Below are positions 43,380 through 53,126 of a DNA stretch of 64,000 bases, piece by piece. Where the stretch lies: positions 1 through 64,000 of IMG/VR virus record IMGVR_UViG_3300045988_158973. One strand, given 5' to 3'. Made by a program: the position numbers and the translations under genes. The notes beneath the pieces were generated by a model. It made no database searches and was not told the origin of the DNA. It saw only the letters and a program-made list of their open reading frames with translations. This DNA is from a virus. Every line of letters starts with the position of its first letter. Position 1 is the stretch's first letter.

Positions 43380-45029
43380 TTACGATTGTCGATTGAGAAT
43401 GTATTTCGTCATCAGCCAATATCCACGTTCACCTCCATAAAGCGGCATAAAGCGGCAGTTAATGAGGGTCTGATAGCTGGACGCCGACGGCGAACCAATG
43501 GTGTTCTGATATACGATAACGGGCAGCCAAGTGACATAAAGATCTCTGCGAATAATCAACTTGGCAGTATTATTAGGCATACGAACCCAAAAATCCCACA
43601 TACAATCAGTACGGATATTTTCGTAGTTTTCAGAAATAGACGGCTCCACGTTTGGTAACGTAACCGTGGCCGCATCATAAAACATACCCGGCTCAATGAA
43701 CCAATTGGTCGGGTCAGTACCTTCCCAAACGTTAACGGGATATTGCTTTTCGACTCCGTTGTTTATGAGCGACATAACGTCAACACCTAATTTAGGCTGC
43801 GTAACGCTTTGCGGACGAATACTCTGCGTACGAACCAAGCTATCAGCCACGTAGGGGACGTCATCTACTCCGCCGCCAAACAGCGAGGCCAAGTTGTTGA
43901 CGATCTTAGCAACAGCCTGATACAGATTATCCGTTGGTTTGATCTGGTACGAAGGATTAGGACTGGCCGGGAAGTCGCCTGCGTTACCACCAACAGTAAC
44001 AGCAGTAGCCTGTCCGTTGAAGTCTTGGAGGAATTTCTGAAGAATACCGATGGCCTGTTCCACGGTATCACCTGCCTGAGGATAACGCGACTTGTTCGCT
44101 GCTGGAGCATACGCAGGCGAAAGACTCATGCCGGTACTCAATTTCAGACGGTTGTACCAGCCTTGTATCTTGTTGAGGGCCGTCTTCAAATCATCCTGCG
44201 TGGTCAGGTCCTGAGGCGCGGCCACCGTAGCTGTTACGGGATTGACCTCGATCAACTTGGCGCCAAAGATCATTGCCGACGAACCGTTCTGCCAGTCGTT
44301 GATGATTTTGCTGACGTCAGCAAAAGCCTTTTCGATGGCCACATAGTCGGCCTTGTATTGCTTGTAGCCGGGGACTTGGGTATCGCCCGTCTGCTCAGAG
44401 ACGATAACGCCGTTCATCGCTGCGCTGAAGTCGAAGTACAAGCCGTTGACGAACCCTAACGAGTTCTTACTCGAATTAGACAGCAACGACTTCACCGTTC
44501 GCTTCACCAACGTAGGAATGTTGTTGATGACCCGCATGCCGTACAACACGTCTGCGAGAGCCGGGTTGTCGGTCAGCTGTTGGAACGTGTAGTTGAGTTT
44601 CGAGGTCTTTTTGTCAAACGTAGCGACGATGTTGTCGAAGAAGTAGTTGGTCGATGCCACATACTGAGTCGTCGTACCTTGGCCAGCCAAGTCTTCAACG
44701 ATGATGTTGTTGAGTTTATCGACGTACTGGATGCGCGTTTGCCCCACCACCCAGACCATGGTGTTCCACTGGGCGTCAGCGTCGCGTTTCAGGACATTGT
44801 AGAACGCAGCGATAGGTAAGCCGCCCGGAAGGTTCGCTTTATTGATAAGGTCGTTGAAATCGCCTATTTCGGACACAATCGCCTGCGACATCGGAATCCA
44901 CTGCCCGAGTGAGGCGTCGTAGTTCTTGTGGAGTTTGTCGGTGGTGTCGTACCAGATAATCGCCGGATTCGACGGTGGTGTCGTTCCGATGGATATACCT
45001 GCTACAGTTCCGACGTCAATAGTTGCCAT
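43380..45029 (-). CDS. large virion-associated protein of unknown role (549 aa)
   Basis: Intact ORF downstream of the portal gene. No motif recognised. Confidence 0.4.
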   Translation of the reverse strand: MATIDVGTVAGISIGTTPPSNPAIIWYDTTDKLHKNYDASLGQWIPMSQAIVSEIGDFNDLINKANLPGGLPIAAFYNVLKRDADAQWNTMVWVVGQTRIQYVDKLNNIIVEDLAGQGTTTQYVASTNYFFDNIVATFDKKTSKLNYTFQQLTDNPALADVLYGMRVINNIPTLVKRTVKSLLSNSSKNSLGFVNGLYFDFSAAMNGVIVSEQTGDTQVPGYKQYKADYVAIEKAFADVSKIINDWQNGSSAMIFGAKLIEVNPVTATVAAPQDLTTQDDLKTALNKIQGWYNRLKLSTGMSLSPAYAPAANKSRYPQAGDTVEQAIGILQKFLQDFNGQATAVTVGGNAGDFPASPNPSYQIKPTDNLYQAVAKIVNNLASLFGGGVDDVPYVADSLVRTQSIRPQSVTQPKLGVDVMSLINNGVEKQYPVNVWEGTDPTNWFIEPGMFYDAATVTLPNVEPSISENYENIRTDCMWDFWVRMPNNTAKLIIRRDLYVTWLPVIVYQNTIGSPSASSYQTLINCRFMPLYGGERGYWLMTKYILNRQS

Positions 45030-45042
45030 TGTGCGTTGCGGT

Positions 45043-45300
45043 TTAGCGTGAATATACGTAGGTAGCGCGGTCGGCCCACACGAAATTGTAACTCATGTCG
45101 CCAATGGGGTATTCGGTGATGGTGATTCCGTCGGCGGTAGTCTCACGCTCGATGCGCCACCCGGCTTCGCCTTGGCCCGTACCGATGGGGGCATAGCCGC
45201 GGTAGATCACGCTGCCGCCGGAAGCGTCGATGATAGGCTTGGGCATAGCGTCAGCCAACAGCTGTACGATGGGCGCGGTGTTCTTCTCGTTACTCGTCAT
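45043..45300 (-). CDS. hypothetical small protein (85 aa)
   Basis: Intact co-oriented ORF overlapping the portal stop by 11 nt. Confidence 0.4.
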   Translation of the reverse strand: MTSNEKNTAPIVQLLADAMPKPIIDASGGSVIYRGYAPIGTGQGEAGWRIERETTADGITITEYPIGDMSYNFVWADRATYVYSR

Positions 45301-47050
45301 GGTTTATTGCTTTTTGTAAGTATTCATCGAATGCGGCCACGAGCGGATTTGCCTCACGGGCCTTCATAGTTTCTTCTTCATCGCCTTGGGCGTAGAGATC
45401 GAACGGGTTGCCGGCCTGCGCTTCATCGTCTTCCTCACCTTCGCCGCCAGCCACAGGTTCATCGGCCGGGCCGCCAGCAACCTCCATACCCATACCCGCG
45501 GCCTCTTCGAACGGGTTGCCGCCGCCCATACCACCCATCGCCTGTTGCTGTTGTTGCTTGGCGCTGAGTGCTTGCTGGATGACGGCGTTCTCGATGGTGT
45601 CGCCACCCTTTTCTTCGCCGATAGCCGGGAGGTCCCACTTCTCGCGAATCTCGTCCACGGTCTGGAAGGCTTGAAGGCGTTTGATGTCCATATCCAGCTC
45701 TTCGGAAATGGTCATTCCGTTGAGGCCCATGAATACGAATTCGAAGTCAGGGTTGATTTGCTCGACTATGAATTTGTTGAGTTTACGCTGGATGAACTTC
45801 AGCATCGGGTAGAGGCCCTTGTCCTTGGACTGCTCCATGCGCTGCTTTTGGCCATCGCCGAACGTCAGGCCGCTGCCGTTGGAACGAGAAATGTCCCACC
45901 CGATTTCCGTCGGGTCGATACAGAATACAGCACACGCGATCTTGATCAGGTATTCCATCCACGAGTTGTACTCCATATCGCGGTTGTTCTTCTGGAGATC
46001 AACCCAGTCGATATCGCCCTCAACGACGGGCGTCTTCCACGACTGCATAACGCCTGATATCATGGCCTGCCACTGCTGCTTGAACTGCTGAAGTGAAGCC
46101 TCATTGACGTTACCCTTGATCCGAAGAAGACCCTTCGGCGCTGATCCTTGAGAGAAGAAGCGGCGGTTGTATTCGTCACCCCAAAGCATCGATGTAACGA
46201 CGTTAATCAGTTCTTCCAATTCAGAGTTTCCGTACCCGTTGGCGTAGATCGACGTGGTCGGGTTGCGTATACCGAAGCACAACTCCCACGGATAGAACTG
46301 CGCCACCTTGGCTGTTTGGTACACCTGAACGTAGGCCGGATAATAGCCATCAACCTTTGGACCCCAGTTTTGGCGGTCATCCATCATAGCGCCGTCAAAA
46401 TACGGGTTGTTGTATTCACCGTCGAAGTACGATTCAGCCAACCGGAACGTCGCAGCATCGACGGCTTGAAACCGTACCAGTTTGCCGCGGCGGTTACGAA
46501 TGCACTCAAACGTCATCTGGTCGAACGTCAACGAGTCGTCAACGATTTTACGAATAAACTCGTCAAACTCGTCGCCGTCCCAAGTGGCGGTATCACCGCA
46601 ATTGAGAATGAAGTCGGTGATGGAGGCCGCAATCTTGCGGTCTTGAGAATCCATCTTCTGCTCTTGGCCGAATTTCGGTTTACGACGAATGACGAATCCC
46701 GTAGAATAGCGGTCGGCCTGTGGTTCGGCAAAGTCGGCTATTTGGTTCTTGCGGGTCTTGAGGATTGAGTTGATGATGGGGGTGCGGCTCATCCGGCGCA
46801 GTGTCTCATACGAGAGCGAAAACGGCTTATCCTTATACCCCAAAAACGAATTGAACTCCAAAGGATCGATCAAGTACGCCTTCGGGGCAACGTTAGCAGG
46901 CTTGGATTGCTGATTGAATATTTCAGCGGCTTTGAGTATATCGGACGGGTTGTCGCTGCTCAACGCACGCTCTACCAACAGCGACTTGCGTATTGTTAGA
47001 GCCTGCATGGCACGTTCCACCGATTCCAATCTTTCTTTTACACCGGACAT
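45290..47050 (-). CDS. portal protein (586 aa)
   Basis: Core region ...GYGNSELEELINVVTSMLWGDEYNRRFFSQGSAPKGLLRIKGN...EYNSWMEYLIKIACAVFCIDPTEIG matches the conserved portal core pattern. Gly/Met-rich acidic C-terminal tail. Confidence 0.75.
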   Translation of the reverse strand: MSGVKERLESVERAMQALTIRKSLLVERALSSDNPSDILKAAEIFNQQSKPANVAPKAYLIDPLEFNSFLGYKDKPFSLSYETLRRMSRTPIINSILKTRKNQIADFAEPQADRYSTGFVIRRKPKFGQEQKMDSQDRKIAASITDFILNCGDTATWDGDEFDEFIRKIVDDSLTFDQMTFECIRNRRGKLVRFQAVDAATFRLAESYFDGEYNNPYFDGAMMDDRQNWGPKVDGYYPAYVQVYQTAKVAQFYPWELCFGIRNPTTSIYANGYGNSELEELINVVTSMLWGDEYNRRFFSQGSAPKGLLRIKGNVNEASLQQFKQQWQAMISGVMQSWKTPVVEGDIDWVDLQKNNRDMEYNSWMEYLIKIACAVFCIDPTEIGWDISRSNGSGLTFGDGQKQRMEQSKDKGLYPMLKFIQRKLNKFIVEQINPDFEFVFMGLNGMTISEELDMDIKRLQAFQTVDEIREKWDLPAIGEEKGGDTIENAVIQQALSAKQQQQQAMGGMGGGNPFEEAAGMGMEVAGGPADEPVAGGEGEEDDEAQAGNPFDLYAQGDEEETMKAREANPLVAAFDEYLQKAINHDE

Positions 47051-47087
47051 AATGTTTTTACGCGATTTGTTAACCTATAATTGGCTG

Positions 47088-47411
47088 TCAACACAACAGT
47101 TTCAAAATGTCGTTCCGTGCCGTTTGCCTGATAATCAGAGCCCGATGGACGATATCGCCCCACACAGCCACCTGATAACCATTCCACGTGAAATAGTCCG
47201 TCTGGTCGTCATACGAACCATTCCATTCACCGTCGTGACGTATATCAACGATCAAACGATCAAACCGCGCTTTTTCTTCCGTGGTGAAGGGTGTTATGAA
47301 AGTGCCGACGACTACTAATCGTGCGGCACTCGTAGACAGGTCATCGGCCATAATCTGAAAGTCGATACCCATAAAATCGCCCGTTTCAAGAGGCGTGTGA
47401 AAGGTTATCAT
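47088..47411 (-). CDS. hypothetical protein (107 aa)
   Basis: Intact ORF with a 4-nt overlap to the upstream gene. Confidence 0.4.
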   Translation of the reverse strand: MITFHTPLETGDFMGIDFQIMADDLSTSAARLVVVGTFITPFTTEEKARFDRLIVDIRHDGEWNGSYDDQTDYFTWNGYQVAVWGDIVHRALIIRQTARNDILKLLC

Positions 47412-48418
47412 TGCCCCACTAATTTACGAGTTTGAGGTTCAAATGTAGAACGCTGCTTACCTTCGCCAATACGCATTTTCCAATACTTTTGGTACTCACA
47501 CAGCCACATTTCCACCTGATGAAGCGTTATTTCTCCCACACGCGATACGCGGTAACGCCACCCGGCGCGGTCCCAGTGTAGGTATGGGAAATTACCTAAC
47601 TTCGCCAACTCGTCGCGTGATTCATCGCGCAGGCGATATATTCCATCCACCTGACGTTTCAACGACGGAAATATCAACCGCAACCCAATCGAGGCGCCAG
47701 GCCCTACGTTGGTATAGTCGTCTTGAGTAAAACGCATGAAACGACGCGTGGTGTAGCGTGATATGTAGGTGAAGTCTTGGTAAAATTCGTGAGCGATGAA
47801 TGTAGCCGATGAAGGTAAACTGCGTAAAAACCTGATGATCTGTTCGGGGGTTTCAGCCGCCAATACCGTCCGTATCAACTCACCCAAGCGCTGGTGTAAC
47901 GTGGGAACCACCAAGTGCGTGTAGCAGTAGTCGCGCGGTTTACCGGGCGTGGCCATCGAATTGATCAAATACGCCGTGGTGTAAGGGTTGTTTCCCGACG
48001 CACGGTACGCAGCTATCATCTCTGCGAAGCGATCTTCGTCGTATTGGTCGTAATCCGGAATTCCCGCCTTCCAACCATATCGTTCTTGAGCGAATTCGAA
48101 CGTTGCAGGATTATTGAAGTACCGAAACACCATCGTCTTCCAAACCAAATTCGTCAACGAAAGTAGCGGATCGAGGATGATGTTTCGTATTTGCCACTGC
48201 GAATTGCGGTCCAACTCGCGGTATACGTTGGTGAACTTATAGTCCCTTAAGATCGGATCTTCGGTCCACGGACGCGGCGCTCCATCCAAGAAGCGGCGTT
48301 TCCATATCATCTGGCGCTCGAACATCGTTCTGAAGAACTCCGAGCGGTGCTCTTCGCTCACGTCCAGCGTTTCATCAGGTAGCTTATCTGCCCACGCATA
48401 ATTATCAAAGGTCGCCAT
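47408..48418 (-). CDS. aGPT-pyrophosphorylase-like DNA base (thymidine) hypermodification protein (336 aa)
   Basis: N-terminal FERQMIWKRRFLDGAPRPWTEDPILRDYKFTNVYRELDRNSQW matches, from memory, the hallmark W.RR...PWT.DPIL..Y.FTNVYRE.DR.T region of the alpha-glutamyl/putrescinyl thymine pyrophosphorylase families. A profile search is needed. Confidence 0.6.
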   Translation of the reverse strand: MATFDNYAWADKLPDETLDVSEEHRSEFFRTMFERQMIWKRRFLDGAPRPWTEDPILRDYKFTNVYRELDRNSQWQIRNIILDPLLSLTNLVWKTMVFRYFNNPATFEFAQERYGWKAGIPDYDQYDEDRFAEMIAAYRASGNNPYTTAYLINSMATPGKPRDYCYTHLVVPTLHQRLGELIRTVLAAETPEQIIRFLRSLPSSATFIAHEFYQDFTYISRYTTRRFMRFTQDDYTNVGPGASIGLRLIFPSLKRQVDGIYRLRDESRDELAKLGNFPYLHWDRAGWRYRVSRVGEITLHQVEMWLCEYQKYWKMRIGEGKQRSTFEPQTRKLVGQ

Positions 48419-48719
48419 GCTGTTTACGATAGCTTCTAATTAACAATTCTCGTCGCGCTTCAACGCTCTTCCCAGTCAACCGCACCAACGTACCATCCGG
48501 AACCTTCATCAACGGACGTTTAGGAGCGTTTACAAGTCGTACCTCCCCGACGCCGAGGTTTACCCTTATGCGGCGACCGCGAATCGGTTTGAGGGACTCG
48601 CCAGTGATTAACGGACAGTAGTCGTTACCGTGAAACGCGCGTATTACAAACGTCGTCCGACCCCAAACTTCAGGGTCTGCAACGACATCACCTATTCTGA
48701 AATATTTCCATTGGTCCAT
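48405..48719 (-). CDS. hypothetical protein (104 aa)
   Basis: Intact co-oriented ORF. Confidence 0.4.
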   Translation of the reverse strand: MDQWKYFRIGDVVADPEVWGRTTFVIRAFHGNDYCPLITGESLKPIRGRRIRVNLGVGEVRLVNAPKRPLMKVPDGTLVRLTGKSVEARRELLIRSYRKQHGDL

Positions 48720-48794
48720 ACGTTCAAAAACGTTGGCCCCGAAACGTTACCGAATCGAGGCCGCTGTCCTGACAAAATGGAAACGGAAAAGAAA

Positions 48795-49457
48795 CTAAAA
48801 CCCGAACACCGTCAACTGACGAGGTGACAGCTGATAGCGCTCGTTGTCGGAAAGATTGGTTTCAAGGATTTCGCACGCCTTGATGTCGGTAGCCACGTTG
48901 GCGTATTCACGCACCTTGTCGTTGTACTCTTGGCGGCACTTACGCATCTCCGGCGTAACGGGGTTCTCCTGCTCTTCGCCAACGAGCGTACCGGCAATTC
49001 GCGGCGCTTCACAGCAGTCCATGCTTTCCCACGAGAAGATGCGGAACGGGATGTCGACCTTGATGTCGGCCGTCCACCACGGCGGAGTGGTTTCAGTAGG
49101 CGCACCGCCGCACTCTTCCAACTTGCTTTCAAGTTCTGCGGCCAGAACCTGCAATTTAGCGTTCAGCGGCGGAAGAACGTCGGCCTTCAGTTTGGCCTTG
49201 ATTTCCTTACCGAGTTTGCTGAACCTGATGTTGGAATCGTAGCTGATGGCGTTCATGATATCAGCCTTCTGGAGTTCACCTTGGAGAGCCTCCTCGCTGT
49301 TGTCGGACTCAGCCTTTTCGATAGCCTCGGCCATTTTCTCGAAGACGTTGTCGGCCTTTTCAACTTCGTCGCCTTCAGGGATCGGGCCAAAGCCCTTGAG
49401 CATGTGCTCCTGACGCTCGGCGCGAGCGCCTAAAATGATGTCACGAATGTTTTCCAT
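48795..49457 (-). CDS. hypothetical acidic protein (220 aa)
   Basis: Intact co-oriented ORF. No motif recognised. Confidence 0.4.
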   Translation of the reverse strand: MENIRDIILGARAERQEHMLKGFGPIPEGDEVEKADNVFEKMAEAIEKAESDNSEEALQGELQKADIMNAISYDSNIRFSKLGKEIKAKLKADVLPPLNAKLQVLAAELESKLEECGGAPTETTPPWWTADIKVDIPFRIFSWESMDCCEAPRIAGTLVGEEQENPVTPEMRKCRQEYNDKVREYANVATDIKACEILETNLSDNERYQLSPRQLTVFGF

Positions 49458-49641
49458 CGCTGTTCGATTGTTTAGCGGCCTTGGCAGCCAAATACTTCAC
49501 CCACGCCCAGTGTGCTACCACGCCCGCCACAAACGAGAAGATAGCCACCAGCGTGTGGATCACCTTCGCCTCATGGGCGTATACCACCGCAGCGATCACC
49601 AAGACCACCGCGATAATAAGAATCCACATCCACTTTTTCAT
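49441..49641 (-). CDS. small membrane protein, 2 TM helices (66 aa)
   Basis: WMWILIIAVVLVIAAVVYA and IFSFVAGVVAHWAWVKYLAA. Confidence 0.4.
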   Translation of the reverse strand: MKKWMWILIIAVVLVIAAVVYAHEAKVIHTLVAIFSFVAGVVAHWAWVKYLAAKAAKQSNSDGKHS

Positions 49642-49661
49642 AGTATATTATTTTGGTCAAA

Positions 49662-50654
49662 CTACTTTATTAACATTCCGTAGAAGTCTTCAAGCGTGTA
49701 TGCCTTCTTATAGTTGTAGCTGTCCTTCGTGTTGGCCACCTCTTCAGCCATCGCTATGAGTAGTTCTTCCTGCTTGGGGCCGTACACCGACGGTGAAAGC
49801 CACGTTAACTGAATATTGGAGATGATACGACCTATTTCTTCCGTTGAAAGCGCCGTGCCCAAAAATCGCTCAAACTTGGACTGAATCCAAAGCGCCAGTT
49901 TCGTACAGCTGTAGCCTTGGAATACGGTCGGCGACGGCAATCGGCCGTTGAGTTCCGGTTTCAGTGATTCGATAAAACGGTTGAACGCCTTATCGCCAAA
50001 TCCAGCGCGGACCTTGGGTATATTATCCGACTTATCACCCATGAGCACCTTATACAACAACACCTCAAACGCTTCGGTGGTGAGAACCTGAATTTCGGCG
50101 TCCAAGCGCTCATTCCACAACGCCTCCTTGCCTGGAAAGACGTAGAACTTCATGAACTTCGAGTTGTAGTTAAACACCGAAATGGTTGGCGTTATCAGCT
50201 GGCGAATATCGCTGTCGGCGGTGAGAATCACCGTCTCTTCGTCAGGGAGTTCGTCCAACGCAAAGGCCCACATCATAATCAGGTCGTCGCCTTCAGCTCC
50301 CGGTACGCGCGTAACAATCAGCCCGCGTTTACGCAACAGCGCTTCGAATTCACCCAACACTTCAACGAACGCATCACTCCATGGTTCCTTCACGCGCGTG
50401 AGAGCGTACTTGTAGTCGTCGTAAATAGTTCGCCGCCACGAGTGGGAGTCGATGACCACCACAACGCGGTTCACGTCATCGCCAAAGCGCCGCACCGCAG
50501 CGCAAAGGTTCATCACGCACTTACGAATCAGAACTTGACGCTTTTCGCGGTCTTCCAGGACCTCTGTTAGGTCCTGGCCGCGATAGTATGTCGAGAATAC
50601 AGAGAACGACAGGTGGTACAGGAAATTGCCGTCAAATACGAGATTCACTTTCAT
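49662..50654 (-). CDS. 5'-3' exonuclease / flap endonuclease (T4 RNase H / FEN family, 330 aa)
   Basis: PIN-like acidic motifs: LVFDGNF, VVVIDSHSWRRTIYDDYK, GAEGDDLI, ILTADSDIRQL, and the H3TH-region LMGDKSDNIPKV. Confidence 0.78.
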   Translation of the reverse strand: MKVNLVFDGNFLYHLSFSVFSTYYRGQDLTEVLEDREKRQVLIRKCVMNLCAAVRRFGDDVNRVVVVIDSHSWRRTIYDDYKYALTRVKEPWSDAFVEVLGEFEALLRKRGLIVTRVPGAEGDDLIMMWAFALDELPDEETVILTADSDIRQLITPTISVFNYNSKFMKFYVFPGKEALWNERLDAEIQVLTTEAFEVLLYKVLMGDKSDNIPKVRAGFGDKAFNRFIESLKPELNGRLPSPTVFQGYSCTKLALWIQSKFERFLGTALSTEEIGRIISNIQLTWLSPSVYGPKQEELLIAMAEEVANTKDSYNYKKAYTLEDFYGMLIK

Positions 50655-51568
50655 TGCGCTATACGGTTAGGGTTGGTATTCGAAGCAGCGATACCGCCTC
50701 GCGTTATATTAACCTTGCGGCCGTCTTCGCGCCCCTGCTGCATGGCCTGATAGCTACCAATGTGACCCGGTTTGGAAGCGCGGAGGTCCTTGTAATTTTC
50801 AGCCACATAGTCGTTCAGCTGCTGGTCGTGGCGGAGCACCAGCGCGTTTACCTGCACTTGGGCTTGGAGTTCGCGTTCACGTTCTTCACGCAATTTGTCC
50901 TGAACACCCTTGGCTGCTCCGGCTAAATACGAGCGGAGGAACGTACCGCGGTGCATTTTCTTTTCACCCATAAAGAGACGCATAACCGCCTGACGGTCAT
51001 CCTCACGATATTCTTCGTAACGCTTCAGCGCCAAGCGGTACAACTGCCCTGCCAAGACGTTGAACAGCCATTTCACGACCTCGATATTCTGCGGTTCGCC
51101 AATAACGATGTATTTATGGCGCTTTTCGAAGACCATTTTGCCGTTACGATTAATGCGGTGTGTGTGCTGGCCGCTGACTATCGCGTAGCAGAAGTTGTAC
51201 TTACAAATTCCGTACAGCAGGAGTTGGTCCCAAAAACCGCCACACTTACGCTGCCAGCTGTCGTCGAGTTTCTCTTCCGTTACGTTGGTCTTCGGCTCGT
51301 CGTCAACGGCTGCTTCCAAATCAACCATCGAAAGGTTGTATTGCGTGAGGAGGTTCTGAATTTTGGCAGCGGCGTTCTGGGCTTCTGCTTCAGAGTTGAT
51401 AGCCTTGGCGCCCTCGTAGAGCCGCTGCAGTTTCTTCAGTTTCGAGAGGATCGAGTTGATGTCTTGAGTCTTTTCCATAACCAATTTTGTTTTACGATTT
51501 CTTTTCCAAGAGCGAAGGTACGGCGAAAATGCGAATTCTCCAAGAGAATCACGAAAATTTTTCAACAA
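50651..51568 (-). CDS. DUF2786-like phage protein (305 aa)
   Basis: LSKLKKLQRLYEGAKAINSEAEAQNAAAKIQNLLTQYNLS is the typical DUF2786 helix pair. Function unknown. Confidence 0.5.
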   Translation of the reverse strand: MLKNFRDSLGEFAFSPYLRSWKRNRKTKLVMEKTQDINSILSKLKKLQRLYEGAKAINSEAEAQNAAAKIQNLLTQYNLSMVDLEAAVDDEPKTNVTEEKLDDSWQRKCGGFWDQLLLYGICKYNFCYAIVSGQHTHRINRNGKMVFEKRHKYIVIGEPQNIEVVKWLFNVLAGQLYRLALKRYEEYREDDRQAVMRLFMGEKKMHRGTFLRSYLAGAAKGVQDKLREERERELQAQVQVNALVLRHDQQLNDYVAENYKDLRASKPGHIGSYQAMQQGREDGRKVNITRGGIAASNTNPNRIAQ

Positions 51569-51849
51569 TCCATCACCAAATTACCTTCACACTCCAAGGC
51601 ATACAACCGTTCAGCGTCTGGTTTGGCGTAACAGAATATCAATTTACCGCCGCCAGCGGCTTGTAGTGCCTTACGGTATGCAACCTTGATACGCTGAAAG
51701 GTTTCACTCCTGTAAAAGTCGTAGTCGCTGACGCATATCTCCCACCACCGTTCTTGGCGTGACGCCCAGGAAATTACTCCTGGGCGTTCGGCTTCGATTC
51801 GCTTTACAGCGGCCAACATCAACGAACCGTGTCGGCGATCTGGTTTCAT
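51562..51849 (-). CDS. hypothetical protein (95 aa)
   Basis: Intact ORF with a 4-nt overlap to the upstream gene and a 7-nt overlap to the downstream gene. Confidence 0.4.
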   Translation of the reverse strand: MKPDRRHGSLMLAAVKRIEAERPGVISWASRQERWWEICVSDYDFYRSETFQRIKVAYRKALQAAGGGKLIFCYAKPDAERLYALECEGNLVMDC

Positions 51850-52433
51850 AACGTTTCGTCGAGGTTTTGAGCCAGTTCAGCCAACAGTTTCACGTGTACA
51901 CGCTCGTCAGCAATAATCTTGTTAATCAACTGAACGGCCAACGTAGAAGTCACGGTCGGCGTAGGGTTGCTGGATTGAATGCGCTGGATGAGTTTCTCGT
52001 ACGAAGTGATGGTGTCTTGCTCGGCGCGGAGGTTGATCATCACCGCTTCGATGGGACTTTCGGTCGTAATGTTCACTTTGGCTGCCGAAAACACGGGCTT
52101 CGATACGGCGTGACCCAGATGAGCGATGAAGTCGCCTAAACGATCGTAGTGCTTCATTTCGGTCAGCGCGATTCCCAAGAACGTTTCGCCAATCTGGTCG
52201 AAAAGCATTCGCTGCTGCGTGTACTGGAGAATGGCCGTGAGTTCCGACGTCTCGTTGATGCCGGCGTATGCCTTGTAGAACCACTCGGCCGGAACGCCAT
52301 CGTCGGCTTTGGCCTTGGAAATATCCGGATAATCGACTACATGGTCGGCGAAGCGCATCGACTCTACCATGGCGTCAGCCATCGCTTCGACGTTATCCTG
52401 TTTGGCAGGATTGTGTAAGAGTATCGTTTTCAT
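51846..52433 (-). CDS. ferritin-like di-metal (Mn-catalase/CotJC-like) protein (195 aa)
   Basis: Duplicated E...ExxH ligand pattern: SELTAILQY ... ALTEMKHYDRLGDFIAHLG and AEQDTITSY ... IADERVHVKLL. Confidence 0.6.
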   Translation of the reverse strand: MKTILLHNPAKQDNVEAMADAMVESMRFADHVVDYPDISKAKADDGVPAEWFYKAYAGINETSELTAILQYTQQRMLFDQIGETFLGIALTEMKHYDRLGDFIAHLGHAVSKPVFSAAKVNITTESPIEAVMINLRAEQDTITSYEKLIQRIQSSNPTPTVTSTLAVQLINKIIADERVHVKLLAELAQNLDETL

Positions 52434-52445
52434 GAGTTACGAGTA

Positions 52446-53126
52446 TTAATATCCACCGTCCGTGGTGTGACCGTCGTTATCGATACGTTTCCAGTAGCCG
52501 CAGTCCTCGCACTGGTAAAGAACCGTGTCGTCTAAGTCCTTCGTTACCGACATCGGCGAGCCGCAGCGCGGGCACGGTTTCACGTCTTCGTCCCACACGG
52601 CACGCGGTGTTTCCTTTTTGACCGTTGACCCGAAACCACCCGTGTCGCGCTTCGACGGAGTGAGTTCTTCAACCCAACCGGACTCAATTTGGGGCGCAGG
52701 CACGATGACCAGCTGGGCTACGACATCACCGACGGCGAACGCCTTGGAATGTATCGGGCGGGGATTGACACAGAGTTTTCCGACTCCGTGACTATACGTC
52801 TGTAGTTTACCGGCAATCTTCTGCCACAGCGTCGGTGCGTGGAAGACGTTTTTGTAGCGAGCGCGCATCGTACCACGATACCCCGGATCGATCACCCCCG
52901 GCGCGTTACACATCACCAGGTCCTTTTTCGAACAGCGCGAATTGGGGACCAAAAAGCCGCAGTACCCCTTGGGTATTTCAACGGCCACGCCAGTGTCGTA
53001 TTCGATGTAGTCTTCGGTTTCCTCGATCGACACAGCCACGAGGTCCAGTCCGTTGTCTTCGCCGTCGGGGTGAGCGTATGTCGGGAGAACAGCGTTGGGG
53101 TGTACTTTCTTGAATTTTACGTTCAT
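52446..53126 (-). CDS. dut: trimeric-type dUTPase fused to a C-terminal zinc ribbon (226 aa)
   Basis: All five dUTPase motifs are present: I PTYAHPDGEDNGLDL, II PNSRCS, III GVIDPGYRG, IV GDVVAQLVI, V RDTGGFGST. There is a ~45-aa insertion between motifs III and IV. The C-terminal Zn ribbon is CPRCG-x17-CEDCG. Confidence 0.82.
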   Translation of the reverse strand: MNVKFKKVHPNAVLPTYAHPDGEDNGLDLVAVSIEETEDYIEYDTGVAVEIPKGYCGFLVPNSRCSKKDLVMCNAPGVIDPGYRGTMRARYKNVFHAPTLWQKIAGKLQTYSHGVGKLCVNPRPIHSKAFAVGDVVAQLVIVPAPQIESGWVEELTPSKRDTGGFGSTVKKETPRAVWDEDVKPCPRCGSPMSVTKDLDDTVLYQCEDCGYWKRIDNDGHTTDGGY

